Assembly (NCBI GenBank): GCA_017460265.1
Contig: JAFUBJ010000117.1
Span: 1-25,955, forward strand
From: Atopobiaceae bacterium
Lineage (GTDB): Bacteria; Actinomycetota; Coriobacteriia; Coriobacteriales; Atopobiaceae
Length of the DNA stretch: 25,955 bases
Direction of reading: 5' to 3'
In this document: positions 14,546 to 23,500 of the stretch, piece after piece
How the letters are laid out: every line of letters starts with the position of its first letter
How positions within the stretch are numbered: the stretch's first letter is position 1
The notes under the pieces: model-generated
What the model was told of the DNA's origin: nothing
What the model saw: only the letters and a program-made list of their open reading frames with translations
The model's database searches: none
Made by a program: the position numbers and the translations under genes

Positions 14546-17542
14546 ATGGCAATCGAGCTGGGCCATGCCTACGTGACCATCATCCCTGAGATGAAGGGCG
14601 CCCACGCCAAGATCGCCTCCGAGCTGGGCGACGAGTCGCTCGGCCGGGAGGTGGGCACCCGCATCGGCCGCGGCATCACGTCGGGCGTCACCACGAGCGC
14701 GGGGACGCTCCCTGCGGTCTTCGCGGGGATAGCCTCGAAGTCGGCCGCGACGTTCCAGCGCGCCTTCTCGAAGGTGGCATCGGCGTCATCGAAGGCGTTC
14801 GAGCCGCTCGTGAGCGAGTCCAGGCGCGTCTCCGACAGCGTCGCCCTCAACGTATGGCAGGGGCTCGACGGCGCGGCCAAGTCGGTCGCGAGCGCGTTCA
14901 GGGGCGTCGGTGCATCCATCAAGTCGAACTTCTCGACGTCGATCGCGGCCAATGCGTTCCGGCCGCTCGCCGAATCCGCAAGGTCGGCGATGTCATCCAT
15001 CTCGCAGACCTTCTCCTCCGCGGGCTCGCGCATCAAGTCGGCGTTCGCGAGCGCCACGGGAGCGGTCACGGGCGTGGTTCGCGGAATCGGCCTCGCGGTG
15101 TCAAACGCGCTTCCCAAGCCCTTCAAGCAGGCGGCGCAGAAGCTCCCCGATGCGTTCAAGTCGGCATCGGGCAAGGTCGGCTCGGTCATCCAGGGCATAG
15201 GCTCCAAGATCAAGTCGATACTATCGCGCTCGGGCTCGGAGGGCGGCCAGGCGGCGGGCTCCGCCATCGCGCAGGGAATCTCCGCGAAGGCAGTGGCCAT
15301 CGGCAACATCCTCTCGGGAATCGCCTCGAAGGCGTTCTCGGCGCTCGGCGACACGATCTCCAACGGCATATCGCGCTCCGACACCCTCAACTCTTTCAAG
15401 CGAACCATGGAGACGATGGGGGAGACCGGCGCGCAGGCTTCCATCGACAAGATCAAGGGCGGACTCGACGGCCTGCCCACCTCCACGGCCGAGCTCGCCG
15501 CGTTCGTCGGCCAGGTCAAGGCCACTGGGCAGTCGCTCGAGCGCTCGACCGACATCGGGCTTGCGTTCAACAACGCGATGCTCGCGGGCGGCCAGGGGGC
15601 GGAGGCCGTGGCCAACGCCCAGGAGGGCTACCGCTCCATCCTGGTGAAGGGCAAAGCAGACCAGGAGCAGTGGCTGCGCATGGTGGACGCCGCGCCCGAC
15701 TCGATGCGCCAGCTCGCCGAGTCGATGCTCGGCGCGGGCAAGAACCAGGAGGATCTGCGCAAGGCCATCAACGACGGCACCATATCGCTCGACGACTTCA
15801 ACTCCGCGCTCATCGGGCTCAACGAGGGCGCGGGCGGCTTCGCCGAGCAGGCGCTCTCGGCAACGGGCGGCATCGAGACCTCGATGGGGCTCATACAGAG
15901 CCGCCTGGGACAGCAGTGGTACAAGATCATCGACGCCATCGGCGGCGAGAGGATAGCGGGAGCCATCAACGCCGTCACCTCTAAGTTCAACTACTTCGGC
16001 GACGTGGCGGTCGAGGCCGTCAAGGGCATCATGGAGGGCTTCGACCTGCAGGCCCTCGCCGACGGCTTCTCCTGGCTGCCGAAGACCGCCGACGATTGGA
16101 AGGCGGCGCTGGCCCCCGCTCGCGAGATGGCCAAGGTGCTCGGGGCCGGGTTCGGCCAGGGAGCATCGCAGGTGCTCGCGTCCATCGGCGACTACATGGG
16201 CAGGCTCGGCGCGACCATATCGGACGTCGCCGCCAAGCTGTCCGGGCCCTTCGGCGGCGCTCTGTCCATGGTGGGCGGCTGGGTCTCCGGCATCGCCTCG
16301 ACCGTGGGCGAGCTGCTGCTCTCGGCCATCCGGGGCGTGGGCGACTGGCTCGCCGCCAACGCGCCGATGCTGGGCGAGATAGGCTCCAAGATAGGTGAGA
16401 TAGGCTCCAAGATAGGCGGCCTTCTCGTCTCCGCGATCCAGACGGTCGCGCCGATAGTGGCCAACATCGCCTCCGCGCTGCTGCCAGTGCTCTCGGCCGC
16501 GCTCGACGCGGTCTCAGGCGCGGTCGACTTCCTCGTCGGGCTGTGGGATCTGCTGGTGGCCGCGCTCACGCCGGTCATGGAGGCGCTCGCCCCCGTCGGC
16601 GAGGCGCTCCTCGACATCGCGGAAGGGGCGCTCAAGACGCTCGGGGACGCTCTCTCGGGGGCCGGCGAGTGGTTCGAGGGCTTCAAGGAGACGGCCACGG
16701 ACGCCATCCAGGGCCTGCTCGACTTCGTGCAGCCCGCCATCGACCTGCTCAACAGCGTGCTGGGAGGCATCGGCGACTTCGTGAAGGACCCGGTGGGGAC
16801 GATCCAGCGCGGCGCCGAGTCGATCGCGGGCGCCTTCAAGGGCGCGAGCGACGGCGTCGGCAAGTCGAGCAAGAGCATGGCGACGTCGGCCTCGCAGCAA
16901 TCCAGGACGATGCAGGACAGCGTGACGCAGAGCGCATCGCGCGCGTCGACCGGCGCGCAGAGGTCGTGGTCGCAGATGGCGGGCGTGGCCGAGAGCAAGT
17001 TCGAGTCGATGCGCTCGACCGTGTCCTCCAAGTCGCAGAGCGCGGCGAGCTCTGTCCAGGCGAGCGCGAGCAGGGCGGTGAGCGCCTGGGGCAGGAGCGC
17101 GACGATGAGCCTCAAGGCCGACACGAGCGCGGCCAACGCCGCGATGCAGAACTTCAAGAGCTACTGGGCCAACCAGTCGGTGACAATCAAGGCCCGCGTC
17201 TCGGCCGACCTGTCGAGCACCGCCCACGGCAAGAACGGCACCATGGCCGCGGGCGGCGTGATACGGCACGCGGACGGGTTCATCGCCAACAGGCGCGGCC
17301 CCGGGGTGGCGCTGCCGCCCACCCACATCGTGGGCGAGGCTGGCGCGGAGGCGGTTATCCCGCTCACCAACAGGCGCTACGTCGCGCCGTTCGCGAAGAC
17401 GGTCGCCGACTTCGTCGAGCCCGGGGGCTCGACGCTCAACCAGACGAACAACTACCACATCTACGAGCGCGATGATGCCTACGCCACCGCCGCCATCTTC
17501 GGCAGGCGCTCGGCTCGCGCGGCCATGGGGGTGATCGGATGA
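14546..17542 (+). CDS. Tape measure protein
   Basis: 998 aa, Ala/Gly/Ser-rich; N-terminal MAIELGHAYVTIIP, central tape-measure domain, C-terminal MAAGG..VGEAGAEAVIPL. Confidence 0.96.
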   Translation: MAIELGHAYVTIIPEMKGAHAKIASELGDESLGREVGTRIGRGITSGVTTSAGTLPAVFAGIASKSAATFQRAFSKVASASSKAFEPLVSESRRVSDSVALNVWQGLDGAAKSVASAFRGVGASIKSNFSTSIAANAFRPLAESARSAMSSISQTFSSAGSRIKSAFASATGAVTGVVRGIGLAVSNALPKPFKQAAQKLPDAFKSASGKVGSVIQGIGSKIKSILSRSGSEGGQAAGSAIAQGISAKAVAIGNILSGIASKAFSALGDTISNGISRSDTLNSFKRTMETMGETGAQASIDKIKGGLDGLPTSTAELAAFVGQVKATGQSLERSTDIGLAFNNAMLAGGQGAEAVANAQEGYRSILVKGKADQEQWLRMVDAAPDSMRQLAESMLGAGKNQEDLRKAINDGTISLDDFNSALIGLNEGAGGFAEQALSATGGIETSMGLIQSRLGQQWYKIIDAIGGERIAGAINAVTSKFNYFGDVAVEAVKGIMEGFDLQALADGFSWLPKTADDWKAALAPAREMAKVLGAGFGQGASQVLASIGDYMGRLGATISDVAAKLSGPFGGALSMVGGWVSGIASTVGELLLSAIRGVGDWLAANAPMLGEIGSKIGEIGSKIGGLLVSAIQTVAPIVANIASALLPVLSAALDAVSGAVDFLVGLWDLLVAALTPVMEALAPVGEALLDIAEGALKTLGDALSGAGEWFEGFKETATDAIQGLLDFVQPAIDLLNSVLGGIGDFVKDPVGTIQRGAESIAGAFKGASDGVGKSSKSMATSASQQSRTMQDSVTQSASRASTGAQRSWSQMAGVAESKFESMRSTVSSKSQSAASSVQASASRAVSAWGRSATMSLKADTSAANAAMQNFKSYWANQSVTIKARVSADLSSTAHGKNGTMAAGGVIRHADGFIANRRGPGVALPPTHIVGEAGAEAVIPLTNRRYVAPFAKTVADFVEPGGSTLNQTNNYHIYERDDAYATAAIFGRRSARAAMGVIG

Positions 17543-18414
17543 GGACGCCCGCCAGGATGGAGCTGCGCGGCCGCGATGGCCTCGTGACGCTGCACTCGGG
17601 CGGCATCGACTCGGGGCTCGCCATCTCCGACGGTGGCATAGAGGGCTGGTACTCCACGCCCGACCCCAAGGTCGAGCTCGTCGAGCGGCAGTCGGGCGAC
17701 GGCGCCCATGCGGTCCCCGACGATGCGGTCCTGTACGCGGCGCGCGTCATCTCCGTCGGCATCCACGCCATAGGCGGAGATTCCGGGCGCGATGCCACGC
17801 TCGCCCTCATGGCGGAGCTGGGCAAGCTCGCACATCAGAACGTGCAGGCCAGGCTCGTCGACTCCGAGGGCGACACCTTCGCCAGGGGCTTCCTCTCGGT
17901 CGAGTGGGACGCCGGCGCGCGCCACGAGGAGGCGGCATCGGGCTCGCTCACGATAACGTGCGCCGACAACCGGCGCTACTCGAGCTCGCCCAGGACGGCG
18001 TACCTGACGCCATCGGCCACCGACTCGGGAGGGCTGCTCTACGACGATGGCGCGGCCTACCTGCTCTCGCCGGTGCAGTTCGGGGGAGAGGCCCCCACGT
18101 CGAACGCCTGCACCGTCTCGAACTCCGGGACCTCCGCCGCATACCCGACCATCACGGCCTCGGGCAGCTTCCCGCGGGGCATCAGGCTCTCCGGGCCATG
18201 GGGCGAGCTCTCATATCCGCAGGCCATCGGCAGCGGGGCCCCGCTCGTGCTCGACTGCCTGACGCGCACGGCGTCCGTGCTCGGGGTCGACGTGACCCGA
18301 GCGCTCTCCAAGCGCGACTTCCCGGCCGTCCCGGCTGGCGGATCGTGCTCGATCAACCTGCTCGCCTCCGGCACCGGTACGGTCGCCGTAGAGGTGCGCG
18401 ACACCTACGTATAA
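17539..18414 (+). CDS. Distal tail protein (Dit)
   Basis: First gene after the tape measure (ATGA overlap); GIEGWYSTPDPK, TITCADNRRY, VSNSGTSAAYPTIT. Confidence 0.85.
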   Translation: MRTPARMELRGRDGLVTLHSGGIDSGLAISDGGIEGWYSTPDPKVELVERQSGDGAHAVPDDAVLYAARVISVGIHAIGGDSGRDATLALMAELGKLAHQNVQARLVDSEGDTFARGFLSVEWDAGARHEEAASGSLTITCADNRRYSSSPRTAYLTPSATDSGGLLYDDGAAYLLSPVQFGGEAPTSNACTVSNSGTSAAYPTITASGSFPRGIRLSGPWGELSYPQAIGSGAPLVLDCLTRTASVLGVDVTRALSKRDFPAVPAGGSCSINLLASGTGTVAVEVRDTYV

Positions 18415-18423
18415 GGAGGGACG

Positions 18424-19308
18424 ATGGCAGACTCCTCTGTCGCATTCGGCGTGCGCAACGTCGACACGGTGGGCACCACGGACGTGGCGCTCCGCAAGAT
18501 CTTCGGGGCGCTCTACCCGACCAAGGGGATCATCAGCGGATGCGCCGTCAGCGGGCGCTCCAACCTGGCGTACAACGTCGCCGAGGGCGTCGTCTCGTGC
18601 TCGAAGGGCGCTTCGGACGGCTCGACCCTTGCATGGGTGCCCGCAGGCACCACGCCGGCCGTCGCCGCCAACTCGAGCTCATACGCTCGGCTCGACGCCG
18701 TGTGGGTTGAGGCGCACGACGCCACCCAGGGCGATGCGGACAACCTGGTCACGCTCGGCGTGACCCAGGGCACCGCCGCCGCGAGCCCCGCGGTTCCGAC
18801 GATCCCGACCGGCGCGACGCTGCTCGCGGTGATGAGCATGCCGGCGGGGGCGACGAAGACATCGAGCGCGAGCGTCAGCTCCAAGGGTGTCGGGGCCATC
18901 CCATACGGCTCGAGCCTCGGCGTGCTCGTCGACAAGACCGACACCGCCAACCAGTCCGTCCTGCCCGCCAGCGAGTACGACTACGCGGCCGGCACGTTCA
19001 CGCTGCCGACCAAGCGCATGGTCGACATCAAGCAGACCTTCACGCTGCTGTGCGGCTCGCAGGAATCATCGGCCTACGCACGAGTGCTCATAGACGGCAC
19101 GCAGGTGTGGCAGGGCGAGGTCCACGTCTTCCCATCCTTCGCCACCTCTCAGTATTTCGAGGCTTCCGTAGAGCTGGAGGCGGGAACCCACTCCATCCAG
19201 GCCAAGCTGAAGCGCGGAGTGCGCGGCGATACCGTCAAGCGGTACTGGAGCAAGAGCGGATGGGCCGGCCAGCATCTCCAGGTGGTGGACGCCGGAGCGG
19301 TGACGTAG
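18424..19308 (+). CDS. Minor tail/baseplate protein
   Basis: N-terminal LAYNVAEG...RLDAVWV...LGVTQGTAAASPAVPTIP motif of actinophage minor tail proteins; beta-rich C-terminus. Confidence 0.75.
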   Translation: MADSSVAFGVRNVDTVGTTDVALRKIFGALYPTKGIISGCAVSGRSNLAYNVAEGVVSCSKGASDGSTLAWVPAGTTPAVAANSSSYARLDAVWVEAHDATQGDADNLVTLGVTQGTAAASPAVPTIPTGATLLAVMSMPAGATKTSSASVSSKGVGAIPYGSSLGVLVDKTDTANQSVLPASEYDYAAGTFTLPTKRMVDIKQTFTLLCGSQESSAYARVLIDGTQVWQGEVHVFPSFATSQYFEASVELEAGTHSIQAKLKRGVRGDTVKRYWSKSGWAGQHLQVVDAGAVT

Positions 19309-19310
19309 CC

Positions 19311-20504
19311 ATGTGGCGCTGCTACACGATGGACACGATGAGCGGCGCGCTCGGGGTTCCCATCGACATACCGTCGATGGGCTGGACGGTGTCCATCTCC
19401 GACTGCTCGCTCTCGACCACGCGCGACAAGGGCGTCGCGGGGTACACCTCAGGCGGGCTCGAGCTGCCATGGACGGCGGTCCCGGGCGCGAGCCGCGAGG
19501 CAAGGGCGCGCGAGCTGGCGAGCATGCGCAGGTCGATCGTGCTCATGTGGGAGGAGGGCGGGGAGCGCATCCCCGTCGTGGTCGGGGCAATCGGGCCGAG
19601 AGTTGACCGATGGCTCGACACCTCATTCGAGCTGGTGAGCATGCTCGACCTGCTGGACATGCGCATCCTGGTGGACGAGGGCTCATTCGGCAAGGGGAGC
19701 CCCACAGGAACCACGACCAAGGACATCGCCTACAGGTCGATGTCGCTGCGCGGAATCGCCTCGGACATGGGGAGGCGCTGCACTGACAGCAAGCCGGGCG
19801 GGACGCTGCCCATCGACTGGACGTACGTCGGCGAGACCGGCAGGCACGACCGCACCTACTACGGCTACAACGTCTCGAACAACTCCCTCGCGAAGCTCCT
19901 GGAGGAGATCACGAACGTCCAGGGTGGCCCCGATATGCAGCTGAGACCCTACCTGGCGGACGAGACCCACGTCAGGCATAGGCTCGAGATGGGGACGGAC
20001 GCCCATCCCGCGCTCGACCAGGCGGGCGTCGTGCAGACGCTCACCAGCTTCCCCGGAGGCGGCACGCTCGAGAACGTCGAGGTGGCGCACCTGGGCCCGG
20101 TCATGCGGGTCTACGGCTACGGAGCGGGCCAGGACAAGGCCATGCTCTGCTCGCTCGCCGAGGACAGGACGCTCCTCGAGCAGCGCGACCCGTGGCCGCT
20201 CGTCGAGGAGGCGCATGGGTTCACCGACGACTCCAACCTCGATCTGCTCTCGAGGCACTCCCGCGCGAGGCTGGCGGCGAGCTCGAGGCCGGTCTGCCAG
20301 GTGTCGGGCGACATCTGGCTCGATGATGCGCGCACGCCGGGGCTCTCCGACTTCTGGCCAGGGCAGCTCGTCAACGTCGCGATCGAGGGGCACCCGGGGC
20401 TTCCCGACGGCTCCTACGAGATGCGGCTCATGGAGATGAGCGGCGACCAGTCCTCGCAGGCGAGGCTGACCTTCGACGTGATGCCCGACCCATGGGAGGC
20501 ATAG
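19311..20504 (+). CDS. Minor tail protein (baseplate hub/Tal-like)
   Basis: 397 aa; LEEITNVQGGPDMQLRP and FWPGQLVNVAIEGHPGLPDGSYEMRLMEMSG patterns; ATG 19311. Confidence 0.75.
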   Translation: MWRCYTMDTMSGALGVPIDIPSMGWTVSISDCSLSTTRDKGVAGYTSGGLELPWTAVPGASREARARELASMRRSIVLMWEEGGERIPVVVGAIGPRVDRWLDTSFELVSMLDLLDMRILVDEGSFGKGSPTGTTTKDIAYRSMSLRGIASDMGRRCTDSKPGGTLPIDWTYVGETGRHDRTYYGYNVSNNSLAKLLEEITNVQGGPDMQLRPYLADETHVRHRLEMGTDAHPALDQAGVVQTLTSFPGGGTLENVEVAHLGPVMRVYGYGAGQDKAMLCSLAEDRTLLEQRDPWPLVEEAHGFTDDSNLDLLSRHSRARLAASSRPVCQVSGDIWLDDARTPGLSDFWPGQLVNVAIEGHPGLPDGSYEMRLMEMSGDQSSQARLTFDVMPDPWEA

Positions 20505-23500
20505 ATGATCCACGAGAAGCTAGATGGGCTCATGACGCCCATGGAGAAGATGGCGCGCGTCTCGATGGCCGGGCTTGCGGCGGCCACCTCGCCACAGACC
20601 GCACCATCCGGCGCAATCTCGCTCGACAACGCGGACGGCACCCGCACCATCATCGGCGAGGTGTCCAACGGCGAGGACAACCCCTCCTACACCATGGCAA
20701 CCCACGTGGGCGACACCACGCCCCCCGGCATCCCCACCGGAATCACCGCCACGTCCCGCTCGGGCGTCGTGGTGGTGGAATGGGACGGCACCCTGGCAGG
20801 CGGCATCCCCGATGACTTCTTCTGCATCCGCATCTACCTGGACGGCGAGGAGCTGGGGGCATTGTCCGAGGCGGGCTCCGTGGCATCGGCGACGCTCGAA
20901 TCGGGAACCACCCACAGCGTCACCGCGACCTCCGAGGACGACTGCTGCCTGCCCGACGGCACCCCGGCGCACAACGTCTCCGAGCCCACGACGGCAATCA
21001 CCGTCACCGTGGATGATGACGTGGCAGCTGTCGCCGAGGCGGTGGAGGAGGCCCGCGAGATAGCCGACGCGGCCAAGTCCGAGGCCGACGCGCACGCCGC
21101 CATAATCCCCGTCATCCAGCAGGACATCGCCGACTTCAAGGACGAGGTCGAGGCCGACTACTACACCAAGACCGACGTGGACGAGGTCACGGGTGCGATA
21201 ACCTCGGAGATGAGGGCGAGCTACCGCGACTCCATCGCAAGGAACCTCAGCCCCTTCTACGCGCACGACTTCCAGGACGTGTACAACGCGACCTCCAACC
21301 CCGACGGCTACTGGACGGAGACGCCCGCCAACGCCACCCAGCTGACGGACGGATGGGCGCACATCACGCTCCCCAACGCGAGCGGCACGGGGACGATGTA
21401 CTCCCGAACCTACGTCAGGCCGATGGCGAGCGTCCCCGACAACGCGACGCTGCTCATCGAGGTCGAGAATCTCGTGACGAACGTGACCTCCACGACCACC
21501 AAGCCGCGCCTATGGTTCAACCCGAACATGAGCAGCTCGCAGATGGGCGGCGCGATACCGTATCTCATGGAGGATGGCGTCTACCGCGTGGCCCTGACCA
21601 AGAACAGCAACCTCTCTCCGACGCACTTCGCGCGGTGGTGGTGGGGCATCGAGAATGGCGGCACCGCCGAGTTCGACGCCCGAATCTCCGTCTACGAGGG
21701 CACCTACGACGGCCCCTTCAAGCCCTACGTCACCCAGCAGGACGAGCTTGGGCGCACCTACGTCGAGACGGCCAAGTACACCGTAGACCAGACGGGGGTC
21801 ACCGCGAGGCTCGACGCCAACTACCAGGCCATCGAGACGGTCTCGGGCGATTTGGAGGACTACAAGGACGCCAACGACGCTGCCGTGGCCGCAATCCAGT
21901 CCCAGGTGGACGGCCAAATCGAGGCGTGGTACTACTCCGTGGAGCCGACGCTGCAGAACGAGCCTGCCGTGAATTGGACTACCGAGGAGTTGCGCGAGCG
22001 GCATCGGGGCGACATCTACTACGACATCACCACGGGCCACTCGTGGCGCTGGATGAAGGACGGCTCCACGTGGCAGTGGCAGGCCATCCCCGACTCAGAT
22101 GCGGCGGCGGCATTGGCCGAGGCGCAGGCGGCGCTGGCCAAGGCGGGCGAGAAGCGCCGCATCTTCACCAGCACCCCGGTTGCCCCCTACGACGTGAACG
22201 ACCTGTGGCTCAGGAGCTTCACCGAGACCATCGAGGTGGGCGGCGAGCAGCAGACCTCGACGGGGCCGGAGATTTGGTACTCAACGCAGCTCCGCACGGG
22301 CGACGGCACCCCGAACGGCAGCTACCACGAGTCCGACTGGCAGCGCTGGATAAGGAGGACGGTGGACTACTCCCAGTACGCCAACTACGAGTTCCAGACC
22401 GACCATGCGCTCTCGCAGCTCGGGGACAGCCTGGAGACCACCCAGGGCGACGTGACCGCCGTGACCGAGCGCGTGTCCACGGTGGAGCAGGACGCGGCGA
22501 GCTGGAAAGCCGAGGTCAAGAGGACGTACGCCACCAAGTCGTCGACGCAGCCCAACCTCAGCCCCTTCTTCGCGCACGACCTCACGGACATCTACAACGC
22601 CACAGACAACCCGGACGGCTACTTTTGGAACGACCAGGCCAGCTCGCCCGAGTTGGGCGTCGTCGGCACCCAGCTCAGCGATGGGTGGATGCACTACGAG
22701 CTGGACAACTCGGCACGGACTAACTACGCCTGCGTCTACCCTTACCAGCGACCCATCGCCAGCCTGAAGCCCTCGACGGGCTACACGCTGCTCATAGAGC
22801 TGCGCAACATGGTCACGGATGCTCCCTACTCGTCATCCTTCAGAATCACGTCGCAGCATGACGATGCGACGCGAATATCGCAGACCGTCAACCCGAACGG
22901 CTACGATGACATCTACCTGGCGCGTGGCGGCACCTTCTGCAAGGCGCTTGCTACCAAGCCGGACATGAGCGCCGCGACCCTGTTCTGCCGCCAGTACATC
23001 GCCCTCGCCGCTGGCCTCAAGGCTTCATTCGACCTCCGCCTGTCGCTCTATGAGACGGTTTCACCTGAGCTACTGCTCGACACCAACGCGCCTACTCTGA
23101 CGAAGGTGGACGGCCCGTTCGACCGCTACTTATCGGATGCAAGCAACACGCAGGTCGAGATGACCTACGGCGCAATCTCGGACCCGCCCGAGGAATTAGG
23201 GTCGGACGCCCGCTATGGGTTCATCGCTGACTACGATGGCAGCTACAATGGATACCGTGGCCGCTCGCTCGCGTTCTACTCGGGCTCCACCTCGGGCGAT
23301 GCCCGCCCGACCTTCATGCAGGGCGGCAAGCAGTACCAGGCAACGTGGTGGGCGCGTGTCGTGAGCGGCACCGCCTACGGCAGGGCATACTTCATCAACA
23401 ACGGCACGAACAACGCGAAGCAGCCCACAGGCGACACGGCGCTGCCCTACACGTCCGAATGGCGGCGCTACACCGTGTCCATAAGGCCGGTCAATCCGTC

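Noticed and set aside
16376-16416. 20-bp repeat at 21-bp period in the tape measure gene (EIGSKIG x2)
   Set aside because: Ordinary in-frame tape-measure repeat expansion.
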